From Isurus oxyrinchus (lineage: Eukaryota), in contig JANJGN010000026.1 in the NCBI GenBank assembly GCA_026770705.1, forward strand, positions 29,884,001-29,948,000: 64,000 nucleotides of DNA, in the 5' to 3' direction. Positions 1 through 13,585 of this stretch are shown here, one piece after another (within the stretch, counting starts at the first letter, position 1; every line of letters starts with the position of its first letter). The notes beneath the pieces were generated by a model that was not told the origin of the DNA, did no database searches, and was given only the letters and a program-made list of their open reading frames with translations. Both the position numbers and the translations under genes were made by a program.

Positions 1-903
1 AGATGCACTGCAGGAGCTCCCCAATGCCCCTCAAACTGCACCTACGGCACCCACGACTGCTACCATTTAGAAGGGTAAGGGGAGATGATGGATCGGAACA
101 TCACCACCTGGAATTTCCCCTCCAAGTCACGAACCATCCTGACTTGGAAATGTATTAGCCGTTCCTTCACTGTCGCTAACAGCACTGTGCGAGTACCTAC
201 ACCACATAGACTGCAGCAATTCAAGAAGACAGCTCACCACCCCCTTCTCAAGGGGAAATTAAGGATGGGCAATAAAATGCTGGCTTAGCCAGCGACGCCC
301 ATTTCCATAAATGAATTAATAATGAACAGAATGCAATTTTCGTATCATGTATTAAATGTCACAGCTTGCCTGTTTTATATCTTGGTATTATTGACATGTA
401 AGTTTTGCTTCCATCTCAAAAGATCTTATATGTTTCTTTAACTGCTGTCGAGTATACATCACGATTCGGGAACAAACAATTGAGACCTACATTGGGAGAA
501 CATATAAGGTCCTTCGCCAAAAGGGTTGCTGAGCACTGTGTTTGTGTGTGTGTGTGTGAGAGAGAGAGAGAAATAAAAGATAGCTAAGTAGTGATATTGG
601 AAACGAAGACCCTGCAGCTCTGTCCTGGTAACAATTAAAGGAGAAATCATGGGTAAGGTTTGAAGAGGAGGATGAAAAATTGGCTGGATGATTAACATTG
701 AGATGTGGACTGAGGGAGAGTTGAAGGCAGCCAGAGAAGAAGCCAGGTAATGCCAACAGTTCTACCGAGGTGTATGGTGAATGAATGGTTTTGTTCTGTC
801 ATCCCCCTGTCTGTAAATGCCTAGCTTGCTGCTTTAATCTTCCATTACCACTCAACATTATTTCATGTTATATTGCCACTGAATGCCTCCTGTTCCCGCC
901 ATC

Positions 904-1572
904 TAAAGAGGGAAATCAGGGTGCATCATGGCTTGGCCAAGTTGCGGATTTAAGTTATAAAATGTCTGCAGTTAAAAAGAAATGAAGAAAACTAGAATGA
1001 ATTGAACTTTTGGCCAGGCCCGAAGGTTAAAGACCAGCCTATGGGTCATTGCATGATACAGGTAAAGGAATGTGACCATTGGGTCAGGATAAGCAAGTTG
1101 ACGAATGGCCTGTGAGTTATACTGCAATAAACTGGGTTGCTTAAGCTCAGGGCCGAGCTGAGATACTAGGATGAATTAGCACAGTAGCAAACTATCAGGA
1201 TAGATAAGCAAGGGTTAAGGTTTAGGGTGACCTCTGAACAATGCTTTGTGCTAAAGGTCAGGTCATTTCGTGATTGTTTTACAGATTCCTCCACCAGAAG
1301 TGGGGTCACCGTGGAGTCATTCCCTGTTTAAGTTGTAAGCTCATTTGTAATTAAGGATGCAACAATTAGACAAGATGAGAACATTGTGAGCTAATGAGGA
1401 AATACCTAAAAAAATTGTATAAAAATCTGACAGAAACTGTGCAACTTAGAATTGACCTTAGAGCATTCTGAAAGAGCACTTCTCTTGTGTACACTTGTAC
1501 TAAATAAAGATCTGCTACTGAACCTACCTACAACAGACTCTGTGTCGAGTGTTCTTTAGCTGCACCACAACA
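904..1572 (+). mobile_element. Solo LTR (ERV/LTR retroelement)
   Basis: Flanked by a 5-bp direct repeat CCATC (899-903, 1573-1577). Ends ...CAACA, with TATAAAA near 1418 and AATAAA near 1503. The 5' end is TA instead of TG. Confidence 0.65.
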
Positions 1573-2744
1573 CCATCACAGACCTGCCGTTTTGTCTTTC
1601 CTATCCCACCCGCGTTTTTTATTTCCTCTTACTCTGTATTTGTTCCCTCTTTAAAGGGGGAGATAGTGGTCATGCTCTGTGACTGTCACAAGGCTAGATA
1701 TCCCGTGACCTGAGGACATGCACTCAAACTCTTCCAGGGCGTCTGAATTTAGATTCAATTCATTATAAAGCAACCGGGATTAAAGGCTCGTCTCGGCAAT
1801 GGTGACAAGAAACCCATTTAGTTCACTTTCATTTTTTATTCGTTCATGGGATGTGTGCGTCACTGGCTCAGCAAACATTTATTGGCCACCCTAATTGTCC
1901 CTGTTCAGAGGGGATTTAAGAGTCAACCACATTGCTGTGGGTCTGGAGTCACATGTAGGCCAGACTAGAGCAGGTAAGGACGGAAGCATTCCTTCCTTAA
2001 AGGGCATTAGTGAACCGGGTGGTTTTTGGTTTCATTGCCATCATCAGACTTTTCATTCCAGATTATTATTGAAATCAAATTCCACCACCTGTCGTGGGGG
2101 AATTTAAACCCTCATCTCCGTAGCATTAACCTGGGTCCCTGGAATACTGGACGAGTGAAAACACCACTGGGCCACAGCCTCCCATCCCCTACCCCCAAAC
2201 CCCTTTTAGGAAATGAAATCCGCCGTCCTTTTCTGGGTCTGACCCACATGTGACTCCTGACCCTTAGCAATGTGGTCGACTGTTTACTGCCCTTTGACAT
2301 GTCCAGTCAAAGGGCAATTGGGGATGGGCAACAAAAGCTGGCTTTCCCAGCGACCCCCCGCACCTAATTGTAAAGAAGGAAATTGATCATGGCAGTAATG
2401 AAATGGGCGACTCATTTGGAGAATTCCAGCAAGGAAGGCTGCTTTCAGTGTCATCTTGATTGGTGCCAGCCTCCAGATTAACAGTTGAAACATAAAACAC
2501 ACACAGGCAGCTCAAGGTGGGATTTGCATTCCCAGCATTCCTATTTATTTTAGAAAGCAAGAAGGTTAAGGCCGTTGAAAGGAATTGATCATGAACATGT
2601 ATCGTGAAAATGTTACAACAACAACTTGTATTTATTGACCACCACATGCTCCACGGGAACGTTACCAAATAAAAACTCACACAGGCGGACATGAAGTGAG
2701 GTTATGATGGATGAACGAACGTTTGAGCAAGAGGCTGGTCAGGA

Positions 2745-3630
2745 CATAAGAACATATGACATAGGAGCTGGAATGGACCATTCTGCCCCTCCATCCTGCT
2801 CCACCATTTAATAACATCATCGCTGCTCTGTTTCTGTTTCGAATTCCATATTCCCATCTGACCCTGATAACCTTTGATTCCTTTGCCTAACAAGAATCTC
2901 TAGTCTGTCTTAAAAATATTCAATCATCCCGCCTCCATCACCTTCTGAGGCAGAGAATTCCAAAGCCACACAGCCCTCTGAGAGAAAGAAAAATCCTCCC
3001 CATCTCTGTTCTAAAATGGTGACCCCTAATTTTGAAACAGTGCCCCCTAGTTCTGGACTCACCCACAAGAGGTCCACCTTTCGACGTCCATCTTGTCAGG
3101 GCCGTTCAGGATCTTGTATACTTCAATAAAATCGCCCCTAATTCTTCTAAACTCCAGTGGAAACAAATCCAGCCTGTCTAACCTTTCCTCATTAGACAAC
3201 CCGCTCATCCCATTTAATAAACCACCTCTGAACCGCTTCCAATGCATTTACATCCTTCCTTAAATAAGGAGGGCAAAACTGCACACAATATTCGAGATGT
3301 TGTCTCACCAATGTCCAGTTTAACTGAAACATAACATTTTTATTTTTATATTCAATTCCTCTCGCAATTAATTGATAGCACTCCATTCACCTTCTAAATG
3401 ACTTGCTGCACATCCATACTAACTTTTTGTGACTCCTGAACTAGAACACCTAGATCCCTTTGCACCTTGGAATTCTGCAGCCTCTTTCTGTTTAAATAGG
3501 ATTCTGCTTTTTTATTCTTCCTGCCAAAATGAATAATTTCAGATATTCACACATTATGCTCCATTCGCCAAATCTTTTCCCACTCTCTCAGACTTTCTAT
3601 ATCCGTCTGCAAACTTCTCATTTCCTCTTA
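2745..3630 (-). mobile_element. CR1 LINE 3' fragment (continues 5795-6100)
   Basis: VRQHLEYCVQF, ERLDRL and LEFRRIRGDFIEVYKIL motifs; taagaacatatgacatagg tail. Confidence 0.8.
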
Positions 3631-3633
3631 GTA

Positions 3634-5790
3634 AAATAAGGCAGGATCTGGCCAAGGTAGACGGGGAACAGCTACTTGTGAGGAAATCTACAGAAAAGCA
3701 TGAAATGCAGAGGGCACAGGCTCAACATGTTCCCTCTGGGGTGATAGGACGGAGTAACAAGTCCAGAGAACCATGGATGACCAGAGATATTCAGGATACT
3801 ATGAGAAGGAAAAGAAAGGCTTTTATCAGGTACAAGGAGAGCAAATCAGCGAAGGCATTAGTGGAGTACAGAAAGTGCAGGGTGGAGCTTAAGAAAGCAA
3901 TTCGGAGAACAAAGAGAGGATATGAGAAAGCTCTGGCTGCTAAAAGTAAGGAGAATCCCAAGATGTTCAACAATGTATATCAATGGGAAGAGGATAACCA
4001 GGGAAAGGGTGTGGCCCATTCGGGACCAAGGGGGCAATCTATGGGTGGAGCCAGAGGACATCAGTGGAGTATTGAACGAATACTTCACATCTGCCTTCAC
4101 CCAAGAGAATGAGGATGAAGGTATGGAACTCGGGGAGAGAGACTACGAGGTTTTTGGACAAATTAATAAAGGGAGTGACAAGGTATTGGAGGTTTTGACA
4201 GGCTTAAACGCGGACAAATCTCCAGGTCCAGATGATTTGTGTCCCAGGCTGCTGAAGGAGGCAAGCGAGGAGCCGGCAAGGCCTCTGACCCAAATTTTTA
4301 TTTCCTCTCTGGCCATGTGGGAAGTACTGGAGAACAGCTAATGTGGTTCTGCTATTTAAGAAGGGTTGTACAGGTAAGCAGGGGAACTGCAGACCACTGA
4401 GTCTCACGTCAGTGGTAGGGAAACAATTGGAGAAAATTCTGAAGGAGAGAATCTATCTCCACTTGGAGATGCAAGATTTGATCAGGGATAGTCAGCATGG
4501 TTTTGTCACAGGGAGGTCATGCCTAACAAATTTGATTGAATTTTTTAAGGAGGTGACCAGGTGTCTAGATGGGGGTAGTGCAGTTGATGTAGTTTATATG
4601 GATTTCAGCAAATCCTTTGACAAGGTCCCACATGGGAGACTTATAAAGAAGGCAGTTGTGCATGGGACACAGGGTAATTTGATAAGGTGGATTCAAAATT
4701 GGCTTAGTTGTAGGAGACAGAGTGTGATGACGGAAGGTTGCTTTAGTGACTGGAATCCAATGTCCAGTGGCATACTACAGGGATCTGTGCTGCGTCCCTT
4801 ATTATTCGTCATTTATATAAACGACATAGATGACTATGTGGGGGTTATAATTCGTAAGTTTGTGGACGACACAAAGTTTGGTAGGTTGTTAATAGTGAGG
4901 TTGAGTGTCTTGGGCTAAGGAGGATATCGATGGGATGGTCAAATGGGCAGATAAATAGCAGATGGAATTTAACCCTGAAAAGTGCGAGGTGATAGAAATT
5001 GGTAGGAATAATTTGACACGGAAGTATTCAATGAAAGGCATTACACTAGGAAGTTCTGAGGAACAAAGTGACCTTGGTGTGTGTGTCCATAGATCTCAGA
5101 AGGCAGAGGGGCATTGTAGTGGGGTGGTAAAAAAGGCATATGGGACACTTGCCTTTATCAATCGAGGCATAGATTACAAAAGTAGGTAAGTCACATTGGA
5201 ATTGTATAGAACCTTGCTGAGGCCACAGCTGGAGTACTGTGTGCGGTTCTGTTCGCCACATTATAGGAAGGATGTGATGGCACTGGAGCGGGTGTGGAGG
5301 ATATTCACCAGGATGTTGCCTGGTATGAAACATTTAAGATATGAAGAGAGGTTGGATAGAATTGGGTTGTTTTCGTTGGAGCAGAGAAGACTGAGGGGCG
5401 ACCTGATCGAGGTGTACAAGATTATGAGGGGCATGGACAGTGTGGATAGGGAACAGCTGTTCCCCTTAGTTGAAGGGTCAGTCACGAGGGAGCACAAGTT
5501 CAAGGTGAGGGGCAGGAGGTTTAGCGGAGATGTGAGGAAGAGCATTTTTACCCAGAGGGTGGTGACAGTCTGGAATGCGCTGCCTGGGAGCGTGGTGTAG
5601 GCGGGTTGCATCACTTCCTTTAAAAAGTACCTGGATGAGCACTTGGCACATCATAACATTCAAGGCTATGGGACAAGTGCTGTTAAATGGGATTAGGTCG
5701 GTAGATCAGGTGTTTCTCACGTGTCGGTGCAGACTCGATGGGCCGAAGGGCCTCTTCTGCACTGTGTCATTCTGTGATTCTGTGATTTTT
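3634..5790 (+). mobile_element. 5'-truncated CR1-type LINE (disrupted ORF2 reverse transcriptase)
   Basis: ORF fragments with QHGFVTGRSCLTNL, YMDFSKSFDKVPH, GILQGSVL, FVDD and PQLEYC; (ATTCTGTG)n tail. Nested inside an older minus-strand CR1. Confidence 0.9.
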
Positions 5791-8294
5791 CACAGCGTAT
5801 TTCCTACCTGTCTTTGTGCCAATTGTACATTTATCTACCATGCCTTTACTCCCCCATCTAAGCCATTGATGTAAATTGTAATAAGTTGAGGACCCAGCAC
5901 AGAGCCCTGTGGGCCTCAATACGTTACATCCTGCCAATCCCGAAAATACCCATTTATGCATACTGTAGGCTTTCTGCCAGCCAGCCAATAGTCTATCCAT
6001 GCTGATCTATTATCGCATACACCATGCGTTTCTACTTTTGCATAATAACTTTTGATGTGTCACCCTATCAAATGCCTTCTGGGAATCCAAGCACAGGTCG
6101 TGAAGTCGGTGCAAAATCGATGGGCCGAAGGGCCTCCTCTACACGATGTCATTCTGTGATCCTCTGACGTCTACAGGCTCCCCTATATCCACCGGAGCGC
6201 CTACATAAAAGAGAATTTCACCATTCAGGGCCGATAATGAAAACAGCCCTGTGTTGTTGGAACCCTCAGAATCGGGCGCCCATTTTATTTCGGGGAGAGA
6301 CCCGCCATGATTGCAAAGGGCCGACATGCTGCAGCTCAAACAAAAACAGGAAATGCTGCTTGCAGCAGGCCAGGCAGCCCCTGTGAGCGAGAGAGAAACC
6401 AAGTGAAGGTTTCAGGTCGGTGACCTTTCATCGGGGCGGGAAGATTGAAGAGATGATCAATTTCCTTCTTCACCCAGTTGAAATTTCATAATTCAGGTGT
6501 TAGCAGAAGTGACATGCTGGGTGATGCACGTAAACCGGAGGCGCCGTGGTAATGTTACTGGATTAGAGGCTCCACACTAATGGCCTGGGCCAGAGTTTCA
6601 AATCTTGTCACAGTAGCGGCTGGAATTTAGATTCAATGAACAATCCTGGAATTGACACAAATTCAATTCACAATCCTGGAATCGATAAGCTAGCCTAATG
6701 AGGACTATGACATTTAAAGCAATCGAATTTGTAGTAGTAGGAGACCTGCTCTGCGATTCGATCAGATGGTGTCTCATCTGATTGTTGCCCTCATTCCCCC
6801 CCCACCCCCGATAAACTTTGACTCCCTTGTTGGTCAAGAATCAATCTACCTCTGCCTTAAAAATATTCACTGACCCTGCTCTCTGGGAATTAAAAAATTA
6901 AGTGTTCCAAAGATTCACGAGCCTCTGGAGGGGGTATAACTTCTTCTTTTCTGTCTTAAATGAGAGGGACCCTATTTGAAACTGTATCCCCGAGTCCTCG
7001 TCTCTCCCAGAAGAGGAGAGGGGAATCATCCTTTCAGAATCGACCCTGTCAAGCACCCCATCCCCCCTCCCTCTCAATAAGATCACCTCTCAATCTTCTA
7101 CACCGCCAATGGATACAGGACCAGCCAGTCCAGACTTGCCCCGTAAGATCACCCCGCCACCCTCCCCATTCCAATGGCTCAGTCGAGTGAACCCCCATCC
7201 CCACTTATACCCTCTCTAGGGAAGGAAATCTGCCATCCTTACCTGGTCTGGCCGAATGTACGTCCTGACCTACCGCAATGTGGCTGACTCTTTGCTGCCC
7301 TCTGAAATGGTCCAGTGAGTCACTTAGGTCAAGGTCAATTAGGGATTAGAAGCCAATGATGACCTTGCCGGGCACCCCCACCCCCCCCCCCCCCCCCCCC
7401 CCCCACCGCATCCCACGAAGTAACAAATAAGGGGGGAAAAGGCAACATATAGGATACAGCAACACTCAGACTTCAAGTTGAAATGTTTCTTGAGCCGTCA
7501 GTTTAATATATTCAGAGAAGCTGGGATTGGCCTCCAACGGGCATGGAATTCTAAGGGGAAATTTAACAATGATGCCCACAATTAGGAATGATTTGATCAC
7601 TTGTACAGCTGGTATGAATTTCACTAGCGAGATGGTGAGTTGCACATTCAAGAGAAGCAACAAAAACCGTCTTGAAGTAAATGAGGGGGCGCGGGTTGTT
7701 TTTAGTGAGCTGTTAGGATCTGGAATGCTAGTGTCTTCAAGGGCAGTGAAAGTTCAGTCGCAACTTTCGAAAGACGATTGGATGTATAATTGGAAATGTA
7801 ACATTTGGAAGGTCGTGGGACAGGACAAGTATGGCGGGACTAATTGTATAGCTCTTTTAAAAAGCAGACACAGGCACGATCGGCCCTATGAATCGACGTA
7901 ATGGACCAGTTGAGTCACAGGAGCGCAGACGGCACATTTGATTCATGAATGGTTGTTGTCTGAAGAATGCAGGAAAGATGTTCCATCGGGAACATTCTTC
8001 CTGCATCGACCTCTTAATTTTTAAACTGTGCTCCCCTTGGCCAAGTCTTTACACCAAGGGGAAACATCCTTTCAACACCCGGCCCTGCCAAACCCTCTTA
8101 GAGTCTTATCTGTCTCAAAAAGATCACCTCTCAATCCTTAACACTGGAGCTGAGGCTTTAAGAAGTAATTCATAACTATTAGAAGTTTGAACATTTGAAC
8201 ATTTATTCATTCATTGGATGTGGGCGTCATGAACAAGGCCATCAGTTGTTGCCCATCCCTAATTGCCCTTGGACTAAGTGGCTTGCAAGGCCAC

Positions 8295-8815
8295 TTCTTT
8301 TATTCATTGATGGGATGTGGGCGTCGCTGGCTAGGCCAGCATTTATTGCCCATCCCTAATTGCCCCTTGCGAAGGTGTTGGTGAGCTGCCTGCTTGAACC
8401 GCTGCAGTCCATGTGGTGTAGGTGCACCCACAGTGCTGTTAGGAAGGGAGTTCCAGAACTTTGACCCAGCGACAGTGAAGGAACGGCTGATATATTTCTA
8501 AGTCAGGATGGTGAGTGACTTGGAGGGGAGCTTCCAGGTGGTGGTGTTCCCCATTTGTCTGCTGCCTTTGTCCTTCTAGACGGTAGTAGTCGTGGGTTTG
8601 GAAGGTTCTGTCTAAGGAGCCTTGGTGAATTCCTTGTAGATGGTACACACTGCTGTTACTGTGCGTCGGTGGTGGAGGGAGTGAATGTTTGTGGTGCCAA
8701 TCAAGTGGGGCTGCATTGTCCTGGACGGTGTCGAGCTTCTTGAGTGTTGTGGGAGCTGCAGTCATCCAGGTAAGTGGAGAGTATTCCATCACACTCCTGA
8801 CTTGTGCCTTGTAGG
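8295..8815 (-). mobile_element. LINE 3' fragment (YKAQVRSVMEYSP family)
   Basis: ORF2 C-terminal motif YKAQVRSVMEYSPLTW and the shared 3' tail (gggcaattagggatgggcaataaatgctgg). Related copies near 1-320, 17060-17433, 23660-23920, 29700-29880 and 50840-51185. Confidence 0.7.
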
Positions 8816-9499
8816 GTAAGGCACTTTCAGAGGGGCAGTTAAGAATCAACCACATTGCTGTGCGTCTGGAGTCAAATGTCAGCCAGACCGGGTAAGGACG
8901 GCAGATTTCCTCCTCTAAAGGGGTTAAGTGAACCAGATGGGTTTACTCGGCCGACACCTGGGATCGGGAGTGGGGCGGGGATAACTCACCAGGAACGGCT
9001 GGACAATGCGGCTTGTATCCCTGGGAGTATAAAGGATTAAGAGGTGATCTTTTTGAGACAGTTAAGACTCTAAGGGGGCTTGGCAGGGCCTGGTGTTGAA
9101 AGAATGTTTCTCCTTGGCTTAAATATTAGGCCAAGGGAAGCACAGTTTAAAAATGAAGGTGTCGATGCAGGAAGGATGTTCCCGATGGTGGGGGAGTCCA
9201 GAACCAGGGGTCACAGTCTGAGGATACGGGGTAGATCATTCAGGACTGTGGTTAGGAGAATTTTCTTCACCCAGAGAGTGGTGAACCTGTGGAATTCGCT
9301 ACCACAGAAAGTAGTTGAGGCCAAAACATTGTGTTTTCAAGAAGGAGTTAGATGTAGTTCTTAGGTCAAAATGGATCGAAGTATATGGGGAGAAAGCGGG
9401 AGCAGGCTATTGAGTTGGATGATCAGCCATGACCATAGTGAATGGCGGAGCAGGACGTGACAAGACGTTTCTCTCTCTCTCTCTCTCTCTTTCTCGCTG

Positions 9500-9935
9500 A
9501 GGATAGTGACCCTTGGGAACTCTCTTTCCTGATGATTCTGCTGCGACTATGCTAGCAAAGGAAGGCAACGTTTGCTCATGGTTTATTGCCTTGCTCATCG
9601 CAGCATCCGGCCTCCCACTCCCCTGCCTAACTGCCAGCCAGCCAGCTCGCTGCTCGAGTTTGCAGTCCCAGGCTGAGCAAAACCGCATTCTCTCGGTCTG
9701 TGCAGAGTGACTGGCTCTGAGACAGCGCTGACTGAAACCGCACCCTCGGCCCACTTCCTGCTGCCGTTGGCTGCCTCGTCAACAAGACCCCCGGCTCCCC
9801 CAATCAGCAGCCGACCCGTGTATCATTCCATCTCAAACGGGTCTTGCAAAAAATATGCAGCTCAAAGTCGACTAACCCTCCAGCTGCCGGTTGACTCATG
9901 GTTTTTCAAAATAAAAAAAATAACAACCACAATCT
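9500..9935. promoter_or_regulatory. Candidate 3' T-cell enhancer
   Basis: Non-repeat island with MYB TAACTG 9628, RUNX AACCGCA 9681 and 9736, ETS ACTTCCTG 9753, E-box CAGCTG 9881, AP-1 TGACTCA 9892 and RUNX AACCACA 9925. Confidence 0.4.
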
Positions 9936-9964
9936 GGTGGAAAATGCAGCACATGAATTCATCG

Positions 9965-10750
9965 ATACGTAGTAATTTGACAAGGAGGTATTCAATAAAT
10001 GGCATGACACTAGCAAGTTCTGAGGAACAAAGGGACCTTGGCGTGTGTGTCCATAGGCCTCTGAAGGTGGAGAGACGTGTTAGTGGGGTGGTGAAAAAGG
10101 CACATGGGACACTTGCCTTTATCAATCGAGGCATAGATTACAAAAGTAGGGAGGTCATGTTGGAGTTGTATAGAACCTTGCTGAGGCCACAGTTGGAGAA
10201 CTGTGTGCAGTTCTGGTCGCCACATTATAGGAGGGATGTGATTGCACTGGAGGTGGTGCAGAGGAGATTCATCAGGATGTTGCCTGCGATGAAACATTTA
10301 AGTTATGAAGAGAGCTTGGATAAACTTGAATTGTTTTCGTTGGAGTAGAGAAGACTGAGGGGCGACCTGATCGAGGTGTACAAGGTTATGAGGGGCATGG
10401 ACATGGTGGATGGGGAGCAGCTGTTCCCCTTAATTGCAGAGTCAGTCACAAGGGGACATAAGTTCAAGGTGACGGGCAGGAGGATTAGGGGGGATGTGAG
10501 GAAAAACATCTTTACCCAGAGGGTGGTGACGGACTGGAATGCGCTGCCTGGGAGGGTGGTGAAGGCCGGTTGCCTCACATCCTTTAAAATGTACCTGGAT
10601 GAGCACTTGGCACGTCATAACATTCAAGGTTATGGGCCAAGTACTGGTAAATCGGATTAGGTAGGTAGGTCAGGTGATTCTCACGTGCGGTGGAGGCTCG
10701 ATTGGCCTAAGAGCCTCTTCTGCACTGTGTGATTCTGTGAATCGGTGATT
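9965..10750 (+). mobile_element. CR1 LINE 3' fragment (same subfamily as 3634-5790)
   Basis: EQRDLGVCVH, PQLENCVQFWSPHY and FTQRVV motifs; ATTCTGTG tail. Confidence 0.85.
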
Positions 10751-11419
10751 CTGAAGACTGATAAGTGCCGCAATTTATGTGCCATTCAGATTAGAGAGAC
10801 GAGCATCCCTCTTAAAATTCAAATCGTGCATTAATTGTTAATAAGCTATGCTACAGTTGTGTGCATGAATCCTTATATTGTGGTGCCAGTCAAGCAGGAC
10901 AAAGGACTCGGCTTAATTAACGCCACATTCATTAACATTCACTCCCTCCACTACCGACGCACAGTAGCAGCAGCGGATTCCACCTACAAGATAGACAGCA
11001 AGGAATTCACCAAGGAATTGATCTCCTCGAGTGCAATAATGGATGGGCGATAATTTCTAGTGCAGCCAACAATGTTCACAACTCATGAATGAATTAAAAG
11101 AAAAATAGAGAAGTGTTTTATTTTTTAACTCGGTGATTTGTAGCGATCTGAAATGCACTACCTGAAATGCTGGTGGAAGCAGATATAGTAATAACTGTCA
11201 AAAGAAAATGGAATGGGAAGCCATTAATTTGCAACGATGTCGGGAAATAAATAAAGAATGGGCAAGTGTGTCTAATTGGCTGGCTCCACCAAGGAGACGG
11301 CACATGCAGGATGGGCCGAATGGTCTCCTTTTTTGTACTTTGTGATTCGATGTGCTGTTTGTTGACTAAAGTAAACACCTGTCTCACCATATTATAAGTG
11401 GAAACAAAAACACTGAAGC

Positions 11420-12841
11420 CATGCATGAGGAAGGATATGAAATTTATTGAGAATTAATAGCAGTACATCTGAAAGGAAACGAGGAGAAAAACATTGACAG
11501 ATACATTTCACTCACAAAGGTGTGATGAACCAAGCAGATAACTGAAAACATACATAAAAGCTCCAATTAGCATGGAAACATGGTGTGCATCGTAGACTGC
11601 TTTCAGCAAAGCTTGCAGTGCAATGATTTAAACCACATGCCCATCTTGTTTGTAAAGTGCTGTGTAAGTCTAAGGCGGCACATGGAGGCCGTTGTGTCGC
11701 GGCCGCCCATTTGGGCTCTGATGCACAGGACTGCGGGCTAGGCAGCACAGGGGGTAAAATCCGAGGGTCCAGGCAGCGCCAATTTACCTTTCCTCCGACC
11801 ACACAATAGTAGGTATTGTACTGACCGCCAGAGTTGCGTCCTTTTTTTATTAATTGGCTGCGGTTACGGCATTTAAAAGTCGACCACATTTCTGCGCATC
11901 AGGACCAGCTAAGGGTGGCCGATTTCGAAGCCACGCCCCAGGAAATTATCCTAGGTCTCTGGATTACTAGCCCAGCGACCATACCACTACACCATCACCT
12001 CCTGGTCGACTTCCATTGATTTACTGGACCTGTGCAAGGCCAACAGAGAAAACCTCCCGCCTGGCATTACCCCAGAACCCGACCACCACCACCAACCCCC
12101 ACCCGGTCCCCCTACCCCACCACCCACCACCTTCAAATGGCAACAAAAACATAGAGAAGGATTAGCAGCAGAGCGAAACAGGTCTGGGGCATTTCAAAGA
12201 ACGTTTTCCTGGTGACAGTATACCTCCTGGCTTAACGGCTTTGCTCCAAATCCAATCAGATTAACCTGTCAGTTAAGTGCGACTTAAGCTCTAAAATCAT
12301 TGCAAAAAATTGAAGAAAAAAAATTAACCAGTTGAAAAGAGGGGGGCAAAAATGTGACAGGAGAAGTGGGGTGGTGCCATGAGTTAGACTGTTCTTTCAA
12401 GGAGCTGGCACAGCTACAATAGGCTGAATGACCTCCTTCTACCTAAGTAGGGTCCTATCATTTTAAGAAAAGTAGATAAAAATCGAAGTTACATATCTCC
12501 TTAAATCTATTACGATGTTTCCAAAAATGTCCCGTAGAGTAAGGCGAGCAGAAAAAACATGACCATGAGCTCCATACAAAGCAGCCTCTTGATCGTACTC
12601 AAAATTCACATGTTCATATCACACATGCAGTAGAATTTATGTAAAACTGTGAAACTAAAATCAATGCATCAATGAAACGTTTACCAGAAGGAAGGGCTAA
12701 AAGTGCGAACTGCAGTGAACACACCATTAAGAACAAACTATGCTGAATTAATTGAAGCAGAGTCGCTGATCTCCAAGCGTCTGGCTTTGCGATTCCCAAT
12801 GAGTGCCTTCACACTTGAATCCATTTCACCGCAGAAAATTT
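11420..12841 (-). other. TRDC: TCR delta C exon 4 (3' UTR exon)
   Basis: Strong acceptor ttttttcttttccctcacacAG ending at 12842. Candidate AATAAA at 11443-11448 followed by a GT-rich tract; an alternative AATAAA lies at 11846-11851. The 3' end is approximate. Confidence 0.6.
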
Positions 12842-12879
12842 CTGTGTGAGGGAAAAGAAAAAACACTAGGAGTAATGCG

Positions 12880-13585
12880 GAGGAGTGAAGTGAATTCCAA
12901 AAAGCCCGCATACAAGTTGAGCAGGTAATAGGGAAGGTAAATGGAATGTTGGCCTTTATTTCAAAGGGAATGGAGTGTAGAAATGGAGAAGCCTTGCTAA
13001 AACAATGCAAGGCACTAGTCGGACCACACCTACAATGCGGCCAACAGTTTTGGTCCCTTTATTTAGCGAAAGATTACTGGCATTGGAGGCAGTCCAGAGA
13101 AGGTTCCCTAGGTTGATCCAGGTTAAGGCGGGATTTTCTTATGAGGAGGCTTGTGTAGTTTGGGCCTGTTGGAGTTTAGAAGAATGAGAGGTGACCTTAT
13201 TGAAACACATTAAATTCCTAGAGGGTTTGACAGGGTAGATGCTGAGAGGTTGTTTCACCTTGTGGGAGAGTCTAGGACTAGAGGGCATAATGTCAGAGTA
13301 CAGGGTCATTCATTTAAAAAAGAGATGAGGAGGAATTTCTTCTCTCAGAGGGTCGTGAATCTGTGGAATTATTTGCTGCAGTGGGCTGTAGAGGCTGGGT
13401 CGCTAAGTATATTCAAGGCTGAGATAGACAGATTATTAATCAGTAAGGGAATCAAAGGTTATGGGGAAAAGGCAAGGAAGTGGAGTTGAAGATTATCAGA
13501 TCAGCCATGATCTTATCCAGTGGCGGCGTAGACTTCTCGGGCTGAATGGCCTCCTTCTGCTCCTACGCCTTATGGTCTTATGGAC
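12880..13585 (+). mobile_element. CR1 LINE 3' fragment
   Basis: ESRTRGHN...RRNFFSQRVVNLWN; cttatggtcttatg tail. Confidence 0.8.

Noticed and set aside
7466-7552. Exon-like IPCPLEANPSF... resembling a TCR hinge
   Set aside because: Splice phase is incompatible with TCR C exons, there is no donor before the stop, and no neighbouring C domain.
11780-11840. TYYCVVGG motif resembling a V end
   Set aside because: No upstream Cys/Trp framework, no DxAxYYC and no RSS; it lies in the probable 3' UTR.
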